From assembly GCA_030550585.1 (NCBI GenBank), contig JAUQPB010000002.1, positions 256,001 to 320,000 on the forward strand: a stretch of 64,000 nucleotides of DNA, read 5' to 3'. Position 1 is the first letter of the stretch, and every line of letters starts with the position of its first letter. Both the position numbers and the translations under genes were made by a program. Below, piece after piece: positions 20,887 to 29,193 of this stretch. Source of the stretch: Thermoproteota archaeon (lineage in GTDB: Archaea > Thermoproteota > Thermoprotei_A > Sulfolobales > Ignisphaeraceae). The notes under the pieces were generated by a model. It had not been told where the DNA came from. It did not search any database and saw nothing but the letters and a program-made list of their open reading frames with translations.

Positions 20887-21500
20887 TTGCATTCACACCT
20901 ATATACTTTCTATAAAAGCCTTTTCCAGCCCTGCTTAAAAAGCTTTTTGACTCTAATCAGAAAGTCCATAGGTTCGTCAATGGTCTATGCCATGTGTGTT
21001 CTGGTGGAAAAGAGTTGACTTTATGTAGCTGTTTCGATGGTTGGATGAAAAGAATTGAATGTTTTTGTTCCGATGACTAAGAATAGACTGTAATACTAAG
21101 AGAGAGTTGATTGGCTGTTCATGGGTGTGGTGAAAGTGGTTTTGAATTTGCAGAGGTTTAATAGTGATGACCCTATTAAAAAGTGTGTTTTCTCGATTAC
21201 AATGGGGCTTGCATAGTATATGGAGATCTGCGACTATTCAAGTTAACTATTGTTTGATTGTATATTCAATATTTTTCAGCAGCTTCTGTGTTCTTTTATG
21301 TGTTAGAATTTTGTGGGTGTTCTCAATGGGTTTAATGTGCTCAGTTGGGTGTGTAGTCATCATCTTCAATTATTTATCAGATACTGGCGGTTTCATCAAC
21401 TTGTATTTTTGATGGTTGCAGTGAATTGGTTGTTTCACTATGCTTTTAAGTATTCTTTTTTGAGAAAAATAAATGGTTTGGTCTTCGGATCATCGTGAAT
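20887..21500 (-). promoter_or_regulatory. CRISPR leader with BRE-TATA (GGAAAAGGCTTTTATA, 20911-20926)
   Basis: Non-coding low-complexity region next to the first repeat; TATA about 25 nt before the repeat; distal boundary uncertain. Confidence 0.7.
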
Positions 21501-21519
21501 TAGAATTATTAATGTTGAG

Positions 21520-21711
21520 CTAGTCATAGATTATTGCTTCTTTAAGGGTTGGTTCATGTGATAGTGGTGTTAGTATGGGGATTGGGCTACTTGGGGCATA
21601 TCTGTTACATTTATGTGGTTTGATCTCCCCGAAGATGTTGCATATGATGGTGTTGCCGCGGATTACGGCATGTTTACAAGAGGAGCATCTGAGACTCACG
21701 TTCTCAACCAA
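21520..21711 (-). CDS. Small Cys-rich hypothetical protein (CxxC-x11-C-x10-C)
   Basis: 63-aa ORF with TTG start, four Cys, AT-rich TATA-like sequence upstream. Confidence 0.45.
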   Translation of the reverse strand: MVENVSLRCSSCKHAVIRGNTIICNIFGEIKPHKCNRYAPSSPIPILTPLSHEPTLKEAIIYD

Positions 21712-21909
21712 TTTATATCTAGGCTAATCTGATTTATATATTTTTAAGCTTGATGTTGTCTTGATTAAAACTTGTATAATATTTGCTTTCATTGTAGTAT
21801 AAACTAGTCTAACTAGGATGTGCATCGATGGTTAACGAATTAGCAGATTGTTGGCAGGTTGTGGTCTGGGAGACAAAGCTAAAATAGCTGTGGTGTGTAA
21901 TATAGTAGT

Positions 21910-23073
21910 GTGGTGGGAGTTTTGCCTATTGTACGTGAATTGTCGGTTGAGCCCCCAGTTATATTGAAACCGACTATGAGGATAGGTGAAGTACTGCCCA
22001 AGATGAAGGAGCATAGAATTGTTGTAGCTCCTGTTGTAAATGATGACAATGTGTTGATCGGTGTTTTGAGCTATAGGAACATTCTTATGAGGGGTGTTGG
22101 CAGGGATACCAAGGTTCAAACTGTTATGGAGCCTCCATACTCACTCAATGAAAATGTAGATTTTGACAGGGCTGTTATGGCTTTTGTCAATTGGAGGGCT
22201 AGGGAAATACCTGTGACAAATGCTAATGAGGTTGTGGTAGGGGTTGTCTCTAGGAACATTATATTGGATTATATGCTTAGAAATGGGCTGGTGCCTTCTG
22301 CAACAGTAGATTCTGCGATGAGCAAACCAGCTATAACAATTGAGGAGAGTGAGAGCATTGCTAGGGCAAGGTGGCTGATGCTGAAAAGCGGTATCTCAAG
22401 ACTTGTTGTAGTCGATAAGACTGGGAGAGTGGCAGGTGTGATAACATTAAGCGATATTGTTGAGAGGCTCTACACCATTAGGCTGAGTAAAAGAAAAGGT
22501 TATGAGTGGATACAGAGCGAGGAATCGTTTTTAGCAGCTCCAGTAGCAGACTATATGACTAGTCCCCCAATCACAATTCCATCGGGGTCCAGCCTAGTTA
22601 AAGCGATAAACATTCTATTGGAGAATAGGATATCCGGAGCCCCTGTGGTCACAGCTGATGACAAGCCGCTGGGGGTGTTCAGCGGACTGGATGCATTGAA
22701 GCTTTATTTAGACCAGCTAAAGATTTCCATGCCTATCGAGGCTAAGATATCCCAGGTTGTGAAAGAGGACTTTACAAGGCTTCAGATAGAGAAGCTTGTC
22801 AACAGCTACCTATCGAAGTTTTCGAGATATGTAAATGTGATAGACTTTAAACTAGCTGTGAAGGAAGAGACAAAGACCGATAAAGAAGGTAGAAGAAGAT
22901 ACAATGTTAGGGTAAGGGTTGTCACAGATTCTGGTGCACTAACATCACAGTCTGTATGCTGGGACCTGTCAACATGTGTGAGGGAGGCTCTCGAAATCAT
23001 TGAAAAGAGATTGAGAAAACAGGTTGAGAAAGCTGTTACTGCGAAGAGAAAGAAGAAGAGAGAGGGTGACTAG
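21910..23073 (+). CDS. CBS-domain protein with C-terminal HPF/RaiA-like domain (Hib-like ribosome hibernation factor)
   Basis: Four CBS repeats (PVV..GV, ISRLVVV, ISGAPVV); C-terminal YNVRVRVVT..WDLSTCVREALEIIEKRLRK resembles HPF. Confidence 0.75.
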   Translation: MVGVLPIVRELSVEPPVILKPTMRIGEVLPKMKEHRIVVAPVVNDDNVLIGVLSYRNILMRGVGRDTKVQTVMEPPYSLNENVDFDRAVMAFVNWRAREIPVTNANEVVVGVVSRNIILDYMLRNGLVPSATVDSAMSKPAITIEESESIARARWLMLKSGISRLVVVDKTGRVAGVITLSDIVERLYTIRLSKRKGYEWIQSEESFLAAPVADYMTSPPITIPSGSSLVKAINILLENRISGAPVVTADDKPLGVFSGLDALKLYLDQLKISMPIEAKISQVVKEDFTRLQIEKLVNSYLSKFSRYVNVIDFKLAVKEETKTDKEGRRRYNVRVRVVTDSGALTSQSVCWDLSTCVREALEIIEKRLRKQVEKAVTAKRKKKREGD

Positions 23074-23867
23074 AGAATTTCAACTCTAAACCGATTGGCA
23101 ATACTTTTTGAAAGAGCTTTATAGACATCGGATATACACGATGTTGCAACTCCAGGAGCTCGCAGACCAACCTCTACTAGGAATGATGCTTCCCCCTCTT
23201 TCACCTCCAGCAACCTAATATCGTTAATACTTGTCACAAACCTTGATTTCGATAGTATCTCCCTAATAGTGTTGATAATCCTGTCTATGTCTAACCCATG
23301 TCCATATACATACAATTTGAATTTCAGTATCTGAAGAGATTGTTTAACAATAACAGAGTTTAGAACTTGTCTATATGGTATAAAGACTATTCTATTATCT
23401 GAGGTGATTATCTCCATAAAGTTTCCCTCTAGCAAAACAACCTTACCTTCATATACACCATCATCTACGTTAACCTGGATGTATTCGCCATCTCTTAGAA
23501 GTCCAGATGACACAAGTATCAAATAGCTGAAGCTGTTCTCTATAAGTGGTCTCAGAGAGACTATCACAGCAATAATTATGATAACTACTATGGTAACTGA
23601 AAACCAGAGGGAGTATTGAACGAAGCTGGATATGGCTATCGGTATTGCAATTAAGGCAGATAGCACCAAAACTATGATTTTTATCAATTCCTCTACTCTT
23701 CTAGATATCACACCCTTTACTCTAAGCCCTCTAAGAACCCTTCCAACAACAATATATATGGCTATTACTATAGCAATGGCAACAACTATATACAGAATCA
23801 TGTATAGGAAGCTCAGCTCAATTGTTATAGGCCCTAAAGAAATGGTACTACTGCTAGCGTTGCCCAC
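23070..23867 (-). CDS. MscS-family mechanosensitive channel-like protein
   Basis: Three TM, then LRDGEYIQV..EGKV..DNRIVFIPYRQV beta-domain; neighbour of trkA. Confidence 0.65.
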   Translation of the reverse strand: MGNASSSTISLGPITIELSFLYMILYIVVAIAIVIAIYIVVGRVLRGLRVKGVISRRVEELIKIIVLVLSALIAIPIAISSFVQYSLWFSVTIVVIIIIAVIVSLRPLIENSFSYLILVSSGLLRDGEYIQVNVDDGVYEGKVVLLEGNFMEIITSDNRIVFIPYRQVLNSVIVKQSLQILKFKLYVYGHGLDIDRIINTIREILSKSRFVTSINDIRLLEVKEGEASFLVEVGLRAPGVATSCISDVYKALSKSIANRFRVEIL

Positions 23868-23870
23868 TTG

Positions 23871-24512
23871 CTACTCACCAAAAAGCTTGCTGATCAAATG
23901 TTTTTCACCGAATATAGCAACTATATCGCCAGGCTCGATAGTGGTATCCTTCTCTAATGGTATTGGAGAGCCGCTTCTAATTATAGCAATGACTCTCATC
24001 CCCTCCTCCTCCAAGTCCTTAACAGTTCTTGAAACTATTCGCGAGGCGGGAGAAACAATATGGATCATAATGCTTCTATCGCCAACATCTACAAAGTATG
24101 TGTCAAAAATCTTAGTCAAGATATTGCTACTCAACTCTTTTGACTTCACTATAACCTCACTCACAATGCCATATGTCTTCAGGAACCTTCCAACAATATT
24201 GTTACCGACAACAGCTATGGCCTTAGGTATTTTCATTTCCTTTGCAAGCATAGAGACAAATATGTTGACCATATCATTATCATGAATAGCCACAACAACA
24301 TCTGCCTTGTCGAGCCCCACTTCTAGATAGAGTTTCTCATCAAATAGATCTCCTGTGAATACAGGTATGTCAAATTCTCTAGAAAGTATCTCAGCATCTC
24401 TTTGGCTATCTGTGAGTACAACAAAATCGCCTTTTTCATAGCCAAGTCCCCTCTTTATAGATGTGATGAGCTCTATAACCTCCTTTGAGCCTCCAACAAT
24501 GAAAATCTTCAT
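23871..24512 (-). CDS. trkA: TrkA potassium uptake regulatory protein (RCK-N + RCK-C)
   Basis: MKIFIVGG, FTGD, ADVVVAIHDNDMVN, DTTIEPGD. Confidence 0.85.
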   Translation of the reverse strand: MKIFIVGGSKEVIELITSIKRGLGYEKGDFVVLTDSQRDAEILSREFDIPVFTGDLFDEKLYLEVGLDKADVVVAIHDNDMVNIFVSMLAKEMKIPKAIAVVGNNIVGRFLKTYGIVSEVIVKSKELSSNILTKIFDTYFVDVGDRSIMIHIVSPASRIVSRTVKDLEEEGMRVIAIIRSGSPIPLEKDTTIEPGDIVAIFGEKHLISKLFGE

Positions 24513-24737
24513 ATCACTGTCATCTCAATAGATATTGATGTTTGCTTCAATAGTATCTGGAATTGGAAATTTATAACTTCTTTTTTAAGTCTTTATAGCT
24601 TTGAAACTGCTCAAAGAAATCTATCAAATACTGCTTTTCGTATAAAAGAGTTTGGATATTGCTTAGCAATAATGTGCAAAGCCAAATTCTTTGAGCTTGA
24701 ATGCCGAGGTCAATATTTTAGTATGCCTAGAGAGTTT

Positions 24738-26222
24738 TCACAGCAACGCTTTTCTTCTATAGTAATAACCTATCAGCAGGTAGAGGGGTAGGAACTCCAA
24801 CCTACCAAAATACATTGCTGTGACCAGAGTTACCTTTGACGCTATAGGCATTGTTGGTGTTGTTATTCCTACGGAGAGCCCTACACAGGAGAGTGCTGAG
24901 GTTACTTCGAACATGCTGTCTACAAAATCATAGCTTGTGATGTTGACTGTTACTAGGCTTAGGTATAGTGCTAGAGATAAGATGATTTGCATTAGCGCAT
25001 ATATGATTATGTATGTTATTGCTGAGGCTATTTCCTCATCGCCTAGCACCTCCTCTCCTAGCTTCTTAGTGATTCTAAAGCCTTTTGGCAAAACAGATCT
25101 CTCTATATCCCATAAAATACTTTTTAATGCTATTACAACCCTCTTTGTCTTTATCCCGCCAGCTGTTGAAAATGTTGCTCCGCCAATGGCCATAGAAATT
25201 ATTAGTATAATCTTGAACACTGTTGGGTATTGCTTTATATCCCCTATCTGAAAACCTGTTGTTGTGTAAGCCGATACCACATGGTATACTAGTGGAACGG
25301 TGAGGTTAGACACATTTAGTGAGGTTGACGTAAATAGCGTTGCCAGAACTAGTATAAGGAGTATTGCGAAAAAGCCTTTTGTCTCAGAGGATTTGGCAAA
25401 CGCTTTGAGATCCCCTGTGGATAGCTTGTATAGATCTCTAAAATTGAGAGCACCTATAATCATTATTATAGATGTTGTTATCAAGACTATAGAATTTCCT
25501 CTGAAGAACCAGTAGCCAATATTCTGATCTTTTGTTGACATACCACCTGTTGCTATAGCTGTCATTGAATGTGTTAACGCGTCTAGGAAACCCATACCAC
25601 TTGCTATAAGCAGTACAGCACCGAAAATAGTGTAGGCAGAGTACATCACAAAGAGATCTATCATAGACTTTCTAATTGTTGCAACCAGCTTAGCCCCTCT
25701 CTCAACAGGGTATATCCTGATTAGTGATGCGTGGAGAAACGGGAGTATGGTGCCCGCTACAACAACTGTTCCCAACTCTCCAAGCCACTGGGTCATAGCT
25801 CTCCACACAAGAACTACATAGGGTATGGACTCGAGGTTCTCAAATACTGTTAGTCCTGTTCCACTAAACCCGCTGATAGACTCGAAGAAGGCGTCTAGAG
25901 GGTTTATGCCTAGTGTGGTGATGTAGATTATCGATGTTGATATTGGTACTGTGATCCAGACAAGGGCAACGGAAATCATAGCATCTAATGGATTGTCTAT
26001 CAAATGCCTCTTCAATCCATATGCAAGAGAGCTCCAGAAAACAAGCAGGATTGTGCAGGCCTCTAAATATTTTATTGATACCCTATAGCCGTTGTAGTCT
26101 CCTGTGTACAGGTAGTATAGAAGAAATGAAATGCCGTTGATCGTAGCTATAACAGTTAGAGCCAGATTTATTTGGGAAATGGCAGAGGCTATGGCAAAAA
26201 ATCTCCTCGTTTTTGTCACCAA
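24738..26222 (-). CDS. trkH: TrkH potassium uptake membrane protein
   Basis: FESISGFSGTGL, ATGG, TTTGF, STAGGIK, SCVGLSVG, GRLE. Confidence 0.92.
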   Translation of the reverse strand: MVTKTRRFFAIASAISQINLALTVIATINGISFLLYYLYTGDYNGYRVSIKYLEACTILLVFWSSLAYGLKRHLIDNPLDAMISVALVWITVPISTSIIYITTLGINPLDAFFESISGFSGTGLTVFENLESIPYVVLVWRAMTQWLGELGTVVVAGTILPFLHASLIRIYPVERGAKLVATIRKSMIDLFVMYSAYTIFGAVLLIASGMGFLDALTHSMTAIATGGMSTKDQNIGYWFFRGNSIVLITTSIIMIIGALNFRDLYKLSTGDLKAFAKSSETKGFFAILLILVLATLFTSTSLNVSNLTVPLVYHVVSAYTTTGFQIGDIKQYPTVFKIILIISMAIGGATFSTAGGIKTKRVVIALKSILWDIERSVLPKGFRITKKLGEEVLGDEEIASAITYIIIYALMQIILSLALYLSLVTVNITSYDFVDSMFEVTSALSCVGLSVGITTPTMPIASKVTLVTAMYFGRLEFLPLYLLIGYYYRRKALL

Positions 26223-26240
26223 AAAACACTAGTTTTGTAG

Positions 26241-26651
26241 TTAAGATGTTGTGGGCGTGAATTTAATTCCGTATACTATCAATCCCTCGTCTGACTCTTC
26301 CCAAACTCTTCTCAAAGTTGCTTCAACAGGCATGCCTATGTATACCTCATCTGGCTTCACATCTGTTAGTGGTGCTAAAACCTTTACACCGTTTTCCAGC
26401 TCTATCAACGCTATTATGAGTGGTGCTAGATGTCTGTACCCCTCTGGAACTGTATACTCTATTGTATAGCTTATTATCTTCCCCCTCTTTGGCAGCTCAA
26501 CTTTTTCTACCTCGAGGGATCCGCAATATGGGCAGGCTGGCTTCGGTGGATAGAACACCCTACCACATCTTTTGCATTTAGAGCCCTCTAATCGGTATCT
26601 AGCCCCCCTTTCTCTCCAAACCCTCGCAGGAGACATCCTCATGTAGCTCAC
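26241..26651 (-). CDS. DUF35 Zn-ribbon/OB-fold thiolase partner
   Basis: CKRC..PP..CPYC, GLIVYGIKF; overlaps the thiolase stop. Confidence 0.9.
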   Translation of the reverse strand: MSYMRMSPARVWRERGARYRLEGSKCKRCGRVFYPPKPACPYCGSLEVEKVELPKRGKIISYTIEYTVPEGYRHLAPLIIALIELENGVKVLAPLTDVKPDEVYIGMPVEATLRRVWEESDEGLIVYGIKFTPTTS

Positions 26652-27799
26652 CTCTTCAAAATAGTTACAGTTGTTAGTGTTGCAACACCCCCAGTATTCA
26701 TGGCAAGCCCATATTCAGCTTTGCCCACTTTAACACCTGGAAAATCTCCTCTAAGCTGCATAGCTATCTCAGCCACTTGGTAAACCCCCGTGGCACCAAC
26801 TGGGTGGCCCCTCGCTTTTAGCCCTCCACTCAAGTTGATAGAGGGTTTGTCTCCTGCCGCGAATCTACCATCTTTTATAAGCTTCCACGACTCTCCTAAC
26901 CCAGCAAAACCAAGTCCTTCAATCGATAGGAGAGCTGTTATTGTAAATGCATCGTGTATTTCTGCAACATCTATATCCCTTGGCCCAACGCCAGCCATTT
27001 TATATGCTTTTTCAGCTGCCATCCTAATGCTCATGGGATTGAGCAGATCCTCTCTAGATGCTAGGTCAAGGCCGTCGCTCCCCATACCAACACCAGCTAT
27101 TTGGATAGGGGTATCACTAATCTTTCTAGCAACATCCTCTGAGGCTAGCAAGATGGCGGCTGCGCCATCGCCTATGGGTGAAGAGTCCATCAATCTTATT
27201 GGATCTGCTATAACAGCCGATTTCAAGACATCCTCTATTGTGATTCTATTTCTCAGTTGTGCGTAGGGGTTTTGAGAGCCATATTCATGCATTCTAACAG
27301 GCCATATTGCAAGATCCTCTCTTTTCGCTTCGTATCTATGCATATAGAGCCTCATTACAAGAGCGTTGAGCGCCACAAAGCTTGCTCCATATATCGCCTC
27401 GTGCTCGAAATCAGCTGCCTGCGCCAATGCAGCTGTTGTTGTTGCTGTTGGGTAGTCAGACATCTTCTCAACTCCAACAACAAGCACCTGGTTGTAGAGC
27501 CCCGAGGCGACAAGGGCGTAGCCAGCTGCTATAGCATGCCCCCCGCTTCCACATGCAGCCTCTACTTTGAATCCCCCTCTGCCTCTGAGACCAACTGCAT
27601 CTGCAACCAATGCTGCTAAAGAGTCTTGCTGGAAAAGCGAGCTGCTCATCATATTGCCAACAACTATGGCCTCTGGAGAAAACAGTTTAACGTCGTTAAC
27701 AAGGTTTTTCACAGCCATGTGAACAAGCTCTTGGAATCCCTTGTCATAATGTCTATCAATCTTTGCCATGCCAACTCCTGCCACAAACACCTTTCTCAA
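26648..27799 (-). CDS. Acetyl-CoA acetyltransferase (archaeal thiolase)
   Basis: VEAACGSG, GVEKM, AEIHDAF, GHPVGATG. Confidence 0.92.
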   Translation of the reverse strand: MRKVFVAGVGMAKIDRHYDKGFQELVHMAVKNLVNDVKLFSPEAIVVGNMMSSSLFQQDSLAALVADAVGLRGRGGFKVEAACGSGGHAIAAGYALVASGLYNQVLVVGVEKMSDYPTATTTAALAQAADFEHEAIYGASFVALNALVMRLYMHRYEAKREDLAIWPVRMHEYGSQNPYAQLRNRITIEDVLKSAVIADPIRLMDSSPIGDGAAAILLASEDVARKISDTPIQIAGVGMGSDGLDLASREDLLNPMSIRMAAEKAYKMAGVGPRDIDVAEIHDAFTITALLSIEGLGFAGLGESWKLIKDGRFAAGDKPSINLSGGLKARGHPVGATGVYQVAEIAMQLRGDFPGVKVGKAEYGLAMNTGGVATLTTVTILKR

Positions 27800-27947
27800 A
27801 CTGCATCACATTGCAAATGTTTTTGTACAAGGGTTATATAAAGCATATTTTTCCGTAAAGCCAACCACATACTAGATGTCTTGAGTCATGCCCACTGAAC
27901 TGTGATGAGTATCGGGGTATAGGAAGAAAGTTGATGGTGGTGTCGCT

Positions 27948-29090
27948 ATGGAGTTTAGAGCGCATTATTGGAGTATGCTAAGACCAGATGCTGTGGAGGC
28001 TCTACATAACGAGGTGTTTAGAAAGGTTCTGAGCTGGTACTACTCAGTGCTGGTAGAGGACTATCCAGCTAAATTCCACATTGCAAAGGCCATTCCAATA
28101 CCAAGCGACATCAACATCAGCTCTTGTGACGAGGAATGCCTGTGGGCTGTCCACAGAGACCTTGAGAAGAGCTTCCTATCGCTGTGGAGAGAGGTTAGGA
28201 AAGAGGGCATAAAATTCAGAGAGTTTAAGAAGATGTATGGAGAAGCGCCTAGAAACTTCCTCGACCTGAAGATAGCCATAGCTAAGAGCATTCTGAAAAA
28301 CTGCAGGTTTTGTGAATGGAGATGTGGAGTCAATAGGTATACTGGAAATGGAGGGGCCTGTAGACTGGATTCGAAGACCTATGTACACAGCTGGTTTCTG
28401 CATATAGGCGAGGAAGCGCCTCTAGTGCCCAGCGGGACGATATTTTATGGGAGTTGCAATTTCAGATGTGTATATTGCCAAAACTGGGATATATCACAGG
28501 AAAACCCGTTTAGCGGGGTTGTTGTTGGGCCACGGCAGCTAGCATTAATGCAAAAAGAGCTTAGAGATAGTGGTGCTAGGAACATTAACCATGTTGGCGG
28601 CGAGCCAACACCCAATCTGTACACGATTTTGGAGAGTCTAAGGCATCTAGATGTAAATGTTGTGCAGTTGTGGAACAGCAATTTCTATATGAGTCTAGAG
28701 TCAATGGATCTGCTAAAACATGTGATTGACATATGGCTTCCAGACTTCAAATATGGTAACAACGACTGTGCCTTGAGGTTATCAAAAATCCCTAGATATG
28801 TTGATGTTGTTGGCAGAAACCATAAGATTGCAATTGAATGGGGAGATATGATAATAAGGCATCTGGTTCTGCCAAACCACATAGAGTGCTGCTCGAAGAG
28901 AGTATTGAAGTGGATTGCAGACAATCTGCCGCTGGATAGAGTGTTGGTGAATATAATGGATCAGTATAGGCCAGAGTACAAAGCGTTTGAATACAAAGAC
29001 ATTTCGAGAAGACCATCAGCAAAGGAGTTGGAGGAGGTCTTCGACTATGCAGATAAGCTAGGGATTCTCTGGAGAGATATATCGAGATAG
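27948..29090 (+). CDS. Radical SAM protein, PflX-like
   Basis: CRFCEWRC, GEEAPLVPSGTIF, CNFRCVYC, GGEP, DFKYGN, RHLVLP, MDQYRP. Confidence 0.88.
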   Translation: MEFRAHYWSMLRPDAVEALHNEVFRKVLSWYYSVLVEDYPAKFHIAKAIPIPSDINISSCDEECLWAVHRDLEKSFLSLWREVRKEGIKFREFKKMYGEAPRNFLDLKIAIAKSILKNCRFCEWRCGVNRYTGNGGACRLDSKTYVHSWFLHIGEEAPLVPSGTIFYGSCNFRCVYCQNWDISQENPFSGVVVGPRQLALMQKELRDSGARNINHVGGEPTPNLYTILESLRHLDVNVVQLWNSNFYMSLESMDLLKHVIDIWLPDFKYGNNDCALRLSKIPRYVDVVGRNHKIAIEWGDMIIRHLVLPNHIECCSKRVLKWIADNLPLDRVLVNIMDQYRPEYKAFEYKDISRRPSAKELEEVFDYADKLGILWRDISR

Positions 29091-29193
29091 AAAAGGCCAA
29101 GTTGAGAAGAAGTCATCAAAACGGCAAACAATTTGTGCCCCTGCTTAAAACACTGTTTTAGAAGATACTGTGTAGTAGCTGAGGATTCTGACC

